Assembly (NCBI GenBank): GCA_049472335.1 | Contig: JBLIRO010000003.1 | Location: forward strand, 64,001-128,000 | Reading direction: 5' to 3' | Origin: a bacterium | GTDB taxonomy: Bacteria; SZUA-182; DTGQ01; JAFGSM01 | Length of the DNA stretch: 64,000 nt | Shown: positions 1 through 9,378 of the stretch, one piece after another | Numbering within the stretch: position 1 is the stretch's first letter | Layout of the letters: each line of letters begins with the position of its first letter | The notes under the pieces: model-generated | Told to the model about the DNA's origin: nothing | Database searches by the model: none | Seen by the model: only the letters and a program-made list of their open reading frames with translations | Program-made: the position numbers and the translations under genes

Positions 1-206
1 TTTATGAGCCTATTGATGTGCAGAGCAAGGAACTGATATGGCTGTACCGCGTTCGCGAAAACAGGCAGCAATTGGCTGGCATAACATTAACTCAGCAGCC
101 TTACCTGATATTTGCCAACGGGCATATTTTATTTAAGGGAGATGCCCAGTATAATCTGGCCCGTTGGAACTACAGTAACTACGGACCAGGCCTGGCTGCA
201 AGATGA
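1..206 (+). CDS. 5'-truncated hypothetical protein, C-terminus only (probably part of the eCIS-like operon)
   Basis: The frame is open from base 3 (YEPIDVQSKELIWLYRVREN...) to TGA at 204-206, so the GTG at 18 is probably internal. A GGAGG RBS for the next gene follows immediately. Confidence 0.7.
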   Translation, partial: YEPIDVQSKELIWLYRVRENRQQLAGITLTQQPYLIFANGHILFKGDAQYNLARWNYSNYGPGLAAR

Positions 207-221
207 TGGGAGGATAAAAAT

Positions 222-1370
222 ATGGCAATAAATTTAGAACCTGTCAATCGTGGAGACCTGATCACGGCTGAATTCATAAATGACATAGTGGCTGCCATCA
301 AAGCTTTGGATATGAAGGTGTCCGCGTTGGAAGCTGTAACTATACTTGATACAAATATCCATATAACGGCAATATTCCCGGATCCTGTACGGGTTGGTCA
401 GACATTGACAATAGTGGGGAAAAATTTTGATTTTTCCATAGGGGCTCATCGTGTCTATATTGACAGTATCCGCATAGTTGCATATCAGCCTGGATCTAGT
501 GATAATCAATTGATCTTTAATGTCCCGGCAATACCACGCCTTCCCGCTTTAGGAAGACAAGTAACATTAACGGCCAGTAATAAAAGCTCCAGCATTAGTA
601 AAACAATAACTGTTTTACCTGTTCAGCAGGTCTTGCAGGGCAATGTGGACGTGTCTTATCTTTCCACTTTCCCGGCAACGATTATTGAGGGAGATAGTTT
701 AACATTTCATTTTCGATTGATCTCTCGTACCAATCTACCAGCCGATTTTCTCATAACTCCCAATATATCAATAACATCCTGGCAGCCAAATCTACAGGTA
801 AGGGACGATTCATCAGTTGTGATCCCTTCTCGTATAATTCATCTGGAGAAATATCAAGAGGAGGGCTCAGAGAAGGATTTTGAGATTCACCTTCCAAATG
901 TGCCGGCAGGTACATCCGGCACCGATTTTACCCTTACAGTAAATGCTGAGGCGGACAGTGTAAAGGGGTCATCTGGTTTACTCAAATTTACAGTAGGGTC
1001 ACCAGTTCCAGAGCCTGACCCAAATATCGAACTTACTTATTCTATTTTTCCTTCTAGTGCCCTTATTGGAGATACGATTCAGCTTGCTGGAGGCACAGGA
1101 GAGGCAATACTTAGTATGATTGCAGATTTTAAGGTAACCGGGCATTGTGATTTAACAATTACCCTCTCTGAAACAACAAGCAATTGGGATGTGACACCCA
1201 ATTTTGGCACACCATCATCATTTGATATCAATCCTGCACAACCTATGACCTTAGAGTTCACTATAAGCCCACAGTCAGGTGCGAGCAACACAGGTGAGGT
1301 GGAGTTCCGGTTGCAACGCGTTGATGAAACACGAAGCCAAAGCCTTATTTTTCATTTGCTAAAGCTATAA
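222..1370 (+). CDS. IPT/TIG (Ig-like) domain protein, possible fibre/adhesin-like component
   Basis: GGAGG RBS. N-terminal VNRGDLITAEFIN plus short coiled coil, IPT/TIG-like ITAIFPDPVRVGQTLTIVGKNF, then beta-rich Ig-like segments. Confidence 0.7.
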   Translation: MAINLEPVNRGDLITAEFINDIVAAIKALDMKVSALEAVTILDTNIHITAIFPDPVRVGQTLTIVGKNFDFSIGAHRVYIDSIRIVAYQPGSSDNQLIFNVPAIPRLPALGRQVTLTASNKSSSISKTITVLPVQQVLQGNVDVSYLSTFPATIIEGDSLTFHFRLISRTNLPADFLITPNISITSWQPNLQVRDDSSVVIPSRIIHLEKYQEEGSEKDFEIHLPNVPAGTSGTDFTLTVNAEADSVKGSSGLLKFTVGSPVPEPDPNIELTYSIFPSSALIGDTIQLAGGTGEAILSMIADFKVTGHCDLTITLSETTSNWDVTPNFGTPSSFDINPAQPMTLEFTISPQSGASNTGEVEFRLQRVDETRSQSLIFHLLKL

Positions 1371-1547
1371 GCAAAATTTGGAGGTTTCCTTTACCATTGA
1401 TATTCTTTTCCATGTTTTTCTATTGATATAAATAAATTTCTCAAGGAACCGGGAGATTTAAGATATCAGATTGTGACTATTAGAAATTATATTTTCTCTG
1501 GGAAATAACAGTGATTTTCTGATATCAATATTAGAAAGGAGTAAAAA

Positions 1548-3743
1548 ATGAAGAAGAACATTATTGAATCATTATGGAGAATAAGATTTTCTCTTTCCTT
1601 TGTCATTACTATTTTAATGATAGCCTTATGGACCGGGCTCATTGTTTTGAGTCCTTTTATTGCCAAAGTAAATGCCCAGACCATCTGCATTCCCTATGCA
1701 GGGGGTGTGCCATACCTTTCAGGCCCGCCTAACTGGTGGAACAATACACTCATGCCACCTCAATACCACCCTTATATTCACGGAATCAGCATCGGCAAGG
1801 AGGATGATCCCCGTTGGGAGGGGTCCCTTAGTATTACATATCAGACACATCAAGTGGTTTTTCGAGCCTTACACTATACTGGAACTAACAGCCTTTATCT
1901 TTCCTGGTATGTACAGGTTGATCCATCTCTGGATAACCAATTTGATAAAATGTGGGTAGGGTTTAGACCGGATTCAGGATTAGATGAACCAGTTGCTATT
2001 GAAATTGTTCCGTATACAGGACCAATTAATAAAGAGGCTGAGCCCCCGAGCATAATCGAAGTATATGAGAAGGATTCTATAGCCGGACCCACAGTATGGA
2101 ATCTGCAATCCGCTCCAACATGGCTTGGGGACACTAAGGTCTGGGTTAAGATAGATCCACCTTATAAATGGGCTATAAATATGAGAGTCCAGATTGACAA
2201 TGCTGGCTTGCCAACTGGGATCAATCTCGGCACTTCCTTTGGAATGTGGTATCAAGTTAATGTAGCAACCCCTGGAGGTATTATTACTTACAAGTGGCCC
2301 CAGGCAATTGCCGATTTAACTGCGACCCCTCCTGATCCTGCTGGTTGGGGTGATGTTCTTCTTGGTGCAGTTGGAGATCCGGCCTGCGTAGGTGGTGTTT
2401 CTCTTGCCAGCCTTGATATCGGCACAAGGAATCTCGATAGTCATGAAATAAAGATAACACAGCCAAATACCTTTTTTGCAGAACCCTTAAATAACACAGG
2501 TTTACAAATCCCGGCAAATTGGATAAAAGCTAAGTTCAGAATAGCAAACTGGGGCTCAGTACCAGCTACTACAGATCCTGATCAGCTTTGGACAACCATT
2601 TCAGGTCCTTGTGTGGGAGGTGGTGGTAGTGGAGGCCTTTGTGATAACAACGCACCTATCCCGAATGGTACTAAAGGTGTAATTGAAATGACCTGGAGCC
2701 TTAATAATTGTGAACAATGGGAATTTATGCCAGCAACAGAGCCATGCCCGCAAGGGTGTGTCTGTGACCCAGCGAAAAAGAAAAGACGTCATCAATGTAT
2801 GTTGGTTGAACTTTCATCAGAACAAAATGTTATTTTTACAAATAGTAGCGTTTACAGAAATATGGACTTTGTTGATGCCTCTGAATTTAGCAGGGATGCG
2901 GATATTAGTATCAAAGGCCTTATACCCATTCCGGGTGGAGGAGACACTCGTGATGTTTATCTATATGTGGAAACAGAAAACATGCCAAAGAGCATGAGAG
3001 AGGGAAAAGGGACATATGGTTTTCCTCCTATAGTTGCCCAATATGGGACGGGCTACAGTTCAGGGCAGTATGGATCAACCAATTGGGGACTCTACCAAGG
3101 CGGGGGAAACTATCAATATGGTCTCAGGGGATCTCCTTCAAACAATAATATATATGCTTATAATGCTGCCCTACGACGAGCAGCTAATATGGATTTCCTT
3201 AATGAAGAAGACACCGAAGTTGAAAATATGCCAAAATATGTAGTCCATGTATATCATGACACAGGGGAAAAGGTTCTTATTAATGGGGCAGAACATTCAG
3301 TCCTGACCCCTCAGATTCCCTTTGGCTATTATGTAAGGCATGAGGGTGAAATCTTGGGCTGGAAACATAGTTTGACCGGTGCTGATGGCGCTGTTTTGAC
3401 TGAGATTGCACCAAATTTCTATAAAATAGCGATAGAAAATGATGGAGTTGCCGTTGTCACCACTTCTATAGAGGCTGTTGAATCCCGGCCTCCTGCCATT
3501 ACATACGGAACAAATTGTTATTCTTATAACACATCATATTACAATACTTATTATATTTCCAACTTATTAATAACACGGAATTTTCCTAGTATCTTCCCCA
3601 TTTATTCAAGTTATTATTATGGTTATCCTACAGTAAATTACTTCTGTTATCCAATTGCTTGTAACGTCTACAAAGCATATACTTTTTGTCCTAATTCATG
3701 CTGTCTTTTTATGGATAAAATGCTTTTTAACTTCTTCTATTAA
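1548..3743 (+). CDS. Secreted/membrane-anchored hypothetical protein with Cys-rich and Tyr-rich segments
   Basis: AAGGAG RBS, hydrophobic N-terminus ending VNA-Q, 731-aa ORF. Confidence 0.75.
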   Translation: MKKNIIESLWRIRFSLSFVITILMIALWTGLIVLSPFIAKVNAQTICIPYAGGVPYLSGPPNWWNNTLMPPQYHPYIHGISIGKEDDPRWEGSLSITYQTHQVVFRALHYTGTNSLYLSWYVQVDPSLDNQFDKMWVGFRPDSGLDEPVAIEIVPYTGPINKEAEPPSIIEVYEKDSIAGPTVWNLQSAPTWLGDTKVWVKIDPPYKWAINMRVQIDNAGLPTGINLGTSFGMWYQVNVATPGGIITYKWPQAIADLTATPPDPAGWGDVLLGAVGDPACVGGVSLASLDIGTRNLDSHEIKITQPNTFFAEPLNNTGLQIPANWIKAKFRIANWGSVPATTDPDQLWTTISGPCVGGGGSGGLCDNNAPIPNGTKGVIEMTWSLNNCEQWEFMPATEPCPQGCVCDPAKKKRRHQCMLVELSSEQNVIFTNSSVYRNMDFVDASEFSRDADISIKGLIPIPGGGDTRDVYLYVETENMPKSMREGKGTYGFPPIVAQYGTGYSSGQYGSTNWGLYQGGGNYQYGLRGSPSNNNIYAYNAALRRAANMDFLNEEDTEVENMPKYVVHVYHDTGEKVLINGAEHSVLTPQIPFGYYVRHEGEILGWKHSLTGADGAVLTEIAPNFYKIAIENDGVAVVTTSIEAVESRPPAITYGTNCYSYNTSYYNTYYISNLLITRNFPSIFPIYSSYYYGYPTVNYFCYPIACNVYKAYTFCPNSCCLFMDKMLFNFFY

Positions 3744-3853
3744 CAAATGTGAACCTATAAGAGTATAGATTATATGATTTCATGTACTGACAATTTTTTA
3801 TTAAATGCTTTTATTGTCTGTCATCCTTCTCCAATTTTGGTTTAGGAGTATAT

Positions 3854-6214
3854 TTGATGTGGTCAGACATAAGTAACCAAATAGGCAATTTGCGGGTACG
3901 AGGAGCCGGGGCAGACACCCCGGCTCTCCGGCTTACCTTGTCCGGACTTTTTAATAATATTGATATTAAACCCCCCGGGGCACATCCTACAGCTATTTTG
4001 ATCATCAGGCATATGATGGATCCAATGCCCGGGACTTTGATGGACCATGGAGGCATCAGGCGGATTAATCCGTCTTGGGAAAAGGCTATGCAGATTTCTT
4101 TGTCAGAAGTTTATAAAGATGCTGAGAGGCCTGTAAACGGGCATATCAGCCCAAATGTCAAAGCCGTGCTTTTTGTCGATGAGGGGGAGATGCTTGCATG
4201 TCTTGCCCTGGATATGACAAAAAACGAAGTAATGAAAAATTGGTGGTGGAAGGTAATTATGAGAAAATTGTCCTCTCCATCTTTAGAAGGTCTGAAAACA
4301 TTCCTAAGTAAAGAGGCCTCTTTTCTGCCTGCTTTTATTCAATATCTTGACAAATGGGGAAAAGCTTATAAGGTTCTAAATTCCTTCTCTTCAGTGCAAA
4401 TAATGACACTCCTTTTTGCCATGGCACACGCTTATGACTTAAATGATCTTTCTTTAAAATATTTTAATAATATCCCTCTTAGGAATAAATTTCAGTCCGG
4501 CACGACATCTTCGGTGAATATGCCAGGGTCTGAAAGAGGAGAAGACCTTTCGTCTTATAATCTTCAAGCGCCCTGGGAGAGATGGTTTTCACTTAAGCCC
4601 CCTTCTAACAAACTGACAAAGGAAAGACAGTGCCTTCTGGGTTTGGGACTTAGTCTTCACCATTATCCGTACATTGTTAGAAGCACTGTATTTAAAAACA
4701 ACCTCAATAAATGGTGGGCATATGCACAGGTGCATACTGATGAACAAAGCGTGGACAATATAAATATGTTATCCCTAACCAGCCAAAAGGCAAAAGATAA
4801 CAAGGAGGGGAGATTCAAGACAAAATCATCAGATATTAAGTCACACCGATTACCAAAAAAGACATTTATATATCCTCAAACAAAATCTTCCATAACCCAA
4901 CCATCCAATGCTCAGACAGAGAATATAGCAAATATTGATGGAAGAAGTCTCATAAATGAACAAAGTTCTTTGAGCGAACCATCGAGACCATGGGATGACG
5001 ATACTAAAAAAATATATAGAAAAGGCTCTGTGAGCAGACCACCGCCATCATATATTGAAAACATAGAAAAAATTATTAAAGAAGGGCATATACATATACG
5101 AGGTCGATCAAGATTTCGCAAACATGATATATTATTACCTGAGAAAAAGAAGCTCTATAAAAAACAAGAGATCAAGGAAGAAGAAGCCCCGACGCACCCC
5201 TATTCTTTAAAAAATTCTTTATCAACTAAAAATCCGGATGCGAATCAGTATGGATCGTATTCTAATATACAAAATTCTTCTTTTAGAGAAGGCAGCCTTC
5301 AGGATTTTTCAATACAGAAAGAATTCCAGGCATCGAGAGAGAAATCGAATACTACAATGCCCATTGTTGCTTCTCTTTTTCAGGAAGGTGTGACGACCCG
5401 GTTGGGCGGAATCCTTTATTTAATCAATATAATGCAATATTTAGATCTTCCTGCCTGTTTTGAGGAGGATTGGGCGCTTGCCAGTCAAATAGGCTCCTGG
5501 GGCACGCTCGAAATACTGGGTCGTGCCCTGCTTGGACCGGACCATGAATATCTGAAAGATGACCCTATATGGGAAGCCCTTGCATATCTTAACGGACGTA
5601 AACCCGTAGAACTGCCAGGGAAGAATTTCCGAAAAGAAAAATGCTTTCGACTACCGGTAAAATGGCTGGCCAAAATAAAAGGAGGAAAAGAAAAAAGAAT
5701 TTGCTTCTGGGCTACAAATGGAAAGCGTTTGTGTATTTGGTCCAAAAAAGGATATCTGCTTGCGGATGTCCCCCGAAATGATGAAAAGTCTTTAAAGCAA
5801 GCAGAGGCTGAGCTTCTTGCCTGTATGGGGAATAGCTTTTCAGGATTAAGATCCGGCAATCTAAAAAGAAAATCCTTTGACCATGTCCCGCATGCAAAAC
5901 TTAGCAGTCCCTTAATAAAAGGACTTAATCCCGACTTGATCCACTGGATGGCTATGGTATTCCCTTATATAATTTTCTGTCTCCGGTTGGCATTTAATAT
6001 TAAAGACAAAAATTCCATGAAGGGATTACAATCTATAACTGAATTAGGAGAAGTATTGCTTCTCTATAAAGGCCGATTCTATGTAACATCTACCCACGTT
6101 GATTTGGTCTTTGGTATTGATGATATCTCCCTGCCCGTCCGTATGGCAGGATTTGACTGTAATCCCGGCTGGCTGCCGGATTTTGGAAGAGTCATACTTT
6201 TTCATTTTGAATAA
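3854..6214 (+). CDS. Hypothetical protein adjacent to the eCIS-type AAA ATPase
   Basis: AGGAG RBS (start TTG 3854 or ATG 3857). Conserved-looking termini (LGGILYLIN; NPGWLPDFGRVILFHFE) flank a low-complexity middle. 19 bp upstream of the ATPase. Confidence 0.7.
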   Translation: MMWSDISNQIGNLRVRGAGADTPALRLTLSGLFNNIDIKPPGAHPTAILIIRHMMDPMPGTLMDHGGIRRINPSWEKAMQISLSEVYKDAERPVNGHISPNVKAVLFVDEGEMLACLALDMTKNEVMKNWWWKVIMRKLSSPSLEGLKTFLSKEASFLPAFIQYLDKWGKAYKVLNSFSSVQIMTLLFAMAHAYDLNDLSLKYFNNIPLRNKFQSGTTSSVNMPGSERGEDLSSYNLQAPWERWFSLKPPSNKLTKERQCLLGLGLSLHHYPYIVRSTVFKNNLNKWWAYAQVHTDEQSVDNINMLSLTSQKAKDNKEGRFKTKSSDIKSHRLPKKTFIYPQTKSSITQPSNAQTENIANIDGRSLINEQSSLSEPSRPWDDDTKKIYRKGSVSRPPPSYIENIEKIIKEGHIHIRGRSRFRKHDILLPEKKKLYKKQEIKEEEAPTHPYSLKNSLSTKNPDANQYGSYSNIQNSSFREGSLQDFSIQKEFQASREKSNTTMPIVASLFQEGVTTRLGGILYLINIMQYLDLPACFEEDWALASQIGSWGTLEILGRALLGPDHEYLKDDPIWEALAYLNGRKPVELPGKNFRKEKCFRLPVKWLAKIKGGKEKRICFWATNGKRLCIWSKKGYLLADVPRNDEKSLKQAEAELLACMGNSFSGLRSGNLKRKSFDHVPHAKLSSPLIKGLNPDLIHWMAMVFPYIIFCLRLAFNIKDKNSMKGLQSITELGEVLLLYKGRFYVTSTHVDLVFGIDDISLPVRMAGFDCNPGWLPDFGRVILFHFE

Positions 6215-6233
6215 ATGAGGAAGGAATATCAGG

Positions 6234-8360
6234 ATGAATTACTCTGAAACCTATGTATTCAAAAAGATACCCCAGAGTGTCAGAAATCACTTTAATATGA
6301 ACTTTTATGCGGCAGTTTATAGTCTTATCAACCATATTCGCTGCTTAAGCGAGCGGGGAGGAGAAGATCTCAAAATAATATTTGAGAAATATCCCTTTTT
6401 GAAAGGATATTTCACAGAGATAAATCAATATATGCCTGAAAATATAACGTGGAAAGGGGGCTTGAGATGGTGGGAGGGGGAGATCACTGCCTGGGAGCAA
6501 TCCGTCAATGAACCTTTACCATTGATTGCCCTTTCAGAGAAGGTGAATATAGCCTTTTATAGCCGAATTGCACTTATGATTATAGGCCTGGTTGAGGAGG
6601 ATTCCCGTTTCGGTACGGTTTTTGTCCAGCTTCAAAATCCTTTGCTTCATCGCAGGCCATGCCTTGAACTCGTAGGAAGAATTATGATGGAAGAAGGCGA
6701 CAATGGATATAAAGATCCCTGGAATATATGCCACCCCCTTTTTTCAGCAGGCCTTATTGATGTACTTAACAGGGATGCCCCCAGGTCAGAGTGGGTGCTT
6801 CGTATCCCTGATGTATTGTGGGACGTAATTAAAGGGGATGTTTTATTAAATCATACACCGTGGTATCAATACTATCCTTCCCAGGATTTCCAACTGATAA
6901 AGGAGCTTGTATTCCCCGATAAGTTTCTGGATAAATTGGAACAAATATCCCCGCTTGTGTTAAGCGGCAAGGCAAAAGCAATTGTTTTGCGTGGTATGCG
7001 GGGCAGTGAACATTTTAAGGTTATTGGGTCCTTGGCACGTGCCTTGGGCCAGAATATCATTACTATAGATGGATCTTTATCTCCCAATGAACGGCACTGG
7101 CAGATTCTGGGACCTGTCTGTTCCATAACTTGCTCTATGCCTGTTATAACCTATGATATGGGGCCGGGAGAAACAGCGGAATTACCCATTCTTAATGGTT
7201 ATAGCGGACCAATAGGCATCTTGATGGGGCTTGAAGGAGGACTTAGCGGTAAAGCTCTGGAAAAGATGGTTACTCTGACGTTACCCCCACTTAAATCAGA
7301 ACAACGTATGCGCTGCTGGCAGAAAGCCCTTGCAGGTTATAAGATTAAGAATCTATCCGAGATTTCGGAGCGATTTCATATTCCAGGAGATTATATCCGT
7401 CAGTCAGCAACAATGGCGATTGCCCATGCTGCACTGAATGGACGGGAGACCATTTTTCAAGATGACATACGTGAGGCATGTCGTGCGTTGAACCACCAGA
7501 TGCTTGATACATTAGCCGTACGCCTCGAGGCAGAAGGTTCATGGGATCGCCTTATTGTGAGTGAGGCAACGGAAGCCAAGCTTAAAGAACTGGAACTACG
7601 GTGCAAGTACAGGGAAAAGTTGCTCAATTATTTAGGACCGGCTTTTGGATCCTCATGTAATCGCGGTGTTCGGACACTTTTTAGCGGTCCCAGCGGAACA
7701 GGGAAGACACTGGCAGCTAAAATTTTGGCTGCTGTGCTGGGTATAGATATCTATCGTGTAGATCTGGCAGCAGTTGTAAATAAATATATTGGCGAGACAG
7801 AAAAAAACCTCCATCGTATCCTTTCTACGGCGGAAGAGCTTGATGTAATACTACTCCTGGATGAGGGGGATGCCCTACTGGGTAAACGTACTGAAGTAAA
7901 ATCATCGAATGACCGATATGCCAACCTGGAAACAAATTACCTTTTACAGAGACTGGAAAACTACCAGGGAATTGTGATAGTAACGACGAATCTAGGGGAA
8001 GCAATTGACACTGGCTTTCAGCGTCGTATGGACGTTGTTGTAAACTTTGTTCGTCCCCAGGCCTTGGAACGTTGGCAAATATGGCAACTGCACCTTCCTG
8101 AGAATCATGACGTAGACATTCCATATCTTGAGGATGTAGCGGTGCGATGCACAATGACTGGTGGACAAATCCGGAATGCTGCCCTTCAGGCAACTATGCT
8201 CGCACTTGATACTGGAAAAGGTATTCTCAGGTCCCAACATCTTGAGGCTGCAATACAAAGTGAATATCGCAAGGCCGGGGCCGTATGCCCGCTAAGCGAA
8301 AATGGCCGCTCATCTATACATTATGGGGGAATGGAGGCTTTTTTGGAAAGGCTTTGCTAA
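6234..8360 (+). CDS. AAA+ ATPase, Afp15/Pvc15-like
   Basis: Walker A GPSGTGKT, Walker B ILLLDEGD, family motifs VVNKYIGETEKNL and DRYANLETNYLLQRLE. Degenerate first AAA module (LRGMRGSEHFK). Confidence 0.9.
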   Translation: MNYSETYVFKKIPQSVRNHFNMNFYAAVYSLINHIRCLSERGGEDLKIIFEKYPFLKGYFTEINQYMPENITWKGGLRWWEGEITAWEQSVNEPLPLIALSEKVNIAFYSRIALMIIGLVEEDSRFGTVFVQLQNPLLHRRPCLELVGRIMMEEGDNGYKDPWNICHPLFSAGLIDVLNRDAPRSEWVLRIPDVLWDVIKGDVLLNHTPWYQYYPSQDFQLIKELVFPDKFLDKLEQISPLVLSGKAKAIVLRGMRGSEHFKVIGSLARALGQNIITIDGSLSPNERHWQILGPVCSITCSMPVITYDMGPGETAELPILNGYSGPIGILMGLEGGLSGKALEKMVTLTLPPLKSEQRMRCWQKALAGYKIKNLSEISERFHIPGDYIRQSATMAIAHAALNGRETIFQDDIREACRALNHQMLDTLAVRLEAEGSWDRLIVSEATEAKLKELELRCKYREKLLNYLGPAFGSSCNRGVRTLFSGPSGTGKTLAAKILAAVLGIDIYRVDLAAVVNKYIGETEKNLHRILSTAEELDVILLLDEGDALLGKRTEVKSSNDRYANLETNYLLQRLENYQGIVIVTTNLGEAIDTGFQRRMDVVVNFVRPQALERWQIWQLHLPENHDVDIPYLEDVAVRCTMTGGQIRNAALQATMLALDTGKGILRSQHLEAAIQSEYRKAGAVCPLSENGRSSIHYGGMEAFLERLC

Positions 8361-8382
8361 TAAAATTTGCAAAATTAACACA

Positions 8383-8499
8383 ATGAGTTCTATACAAATA
8401 AAATTAAAATCAAAAGAAAAGAAGTCCGGTTTTAATAGTCATTCTGACACAATGAATAAAGATTCAAAATATTTTAGGGCAGTTTTTTACCTTAATTAA
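8383..8499 (+). pseudogene. Short 38-aa ORF or gene remnant resembling the N-terminus of the DUF4157 protein
   Basis: MSSIQIKLKSKEKKSGFNSHSDTM versus MSALQTKTKPKSKKTDSHHHFNGASNTM at 9379. Confidence 0.4.
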
Positions 8500-8535
8500 A
8501 ATATATAGAATATCCAATGAGGAAACACAATTACT

Positions 8536-9327
8536 ATGAGTTTACGAAGAACTAAAATAAGAAGAAAAACTAAATCAAGACAATTATATTACCCTCAAGA
8601 AAGTAATCAGGAAAACGAACATTCTGCTTCAAAGGCCGAAGCAAATCGAGCGAGTTCATTTTACTCTGCAGGACCTGTTTTTGGTCTTTACACTATGGAG
8701 AAAAAAAATGAAAACAATACCAAACAAAACAGAGAGAATTTACCATCTGTGTCACCAATCCAGGGAAGAGGAGATCCAGAACTGGTTACCGTTTCCAGCA
8801 ACAATCTGCGCTTAAGTGGCCGTACCGATGCCCAATTTGATGGCGGAAGGTTCTGGACTGAAAACGTTCGTGTAAGACCGGGTCAGGATTGCAGAAATTG
8901 TTCCGGAGACGATTGTCTTCATCTAACAGGCAGGTTGGTCGCCAGATACAGGGTTACGACAACAGTTACACTGCCGAGTGCAGATGATTTTCCGGATCTA
9001 ACACCATGCCAGCGGCGACGTGTCCAAGATGCAATCGATAATGTTTTAGCTCCCCATGAACAAGATCATGTAAGGGCCTTTGAGACCTATAATGGCACAA
9101 CAAGACGTCATTTTGACCTTACAATATGCCGCAGTGAATTTGAAAGTACGATTCGTTCCATGTTTGAAGAAGAAGAACGTGAACGCCGAAACGCCGCCCA
9201 AGCTGCAAGCGATAGTTTGGACCCTTTCCATATTGATGTGAACTTAAACTGTGAAGAAGAGCAAGAATCTGCCGGAGAAGGCGGTGTACCAGGAGGAGAT
9301 GAGGGAGAAGACGAACCAGAGGATTAA
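8536..9327 (+). CDS. HExxH-motif protein (DUF922-like putative Zn metalloprotease), candidate eCIS cargo
   Basis: APHEQDH motif, CRNC..C cluster, basic N-terminus with FYSAGPVFGL, acidic tail. Confidence 0.65.
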   Translation: MSLRRTKIRRKTKSRQLYYPQESNQENEHSASKAEANRASSFYSAGPVFGLYTMEKKNENNTKQNRENLPSVSPIQGRGDPELVTVSSNNLRLSGRTDAQFDGGRFWTENVRVRPGQDCRNCSGDDCLHLTGRLVARYRVTTTVTLPSADDFPDLTPCQRRRVQDAIDNVLAPHEQDHVRAFETYNGTTRRHFDLTICRSEFESTIRSMFEEEERERRNAAQAASDSLDPFHIDVNLNCEEEQESAGEGGVPGGDEGEDEPED

Positions 9328-9378
9328 CATATTCCTCGGGTATGCCTTTAATTTATTCATACTTAAGATTCAATTCTT

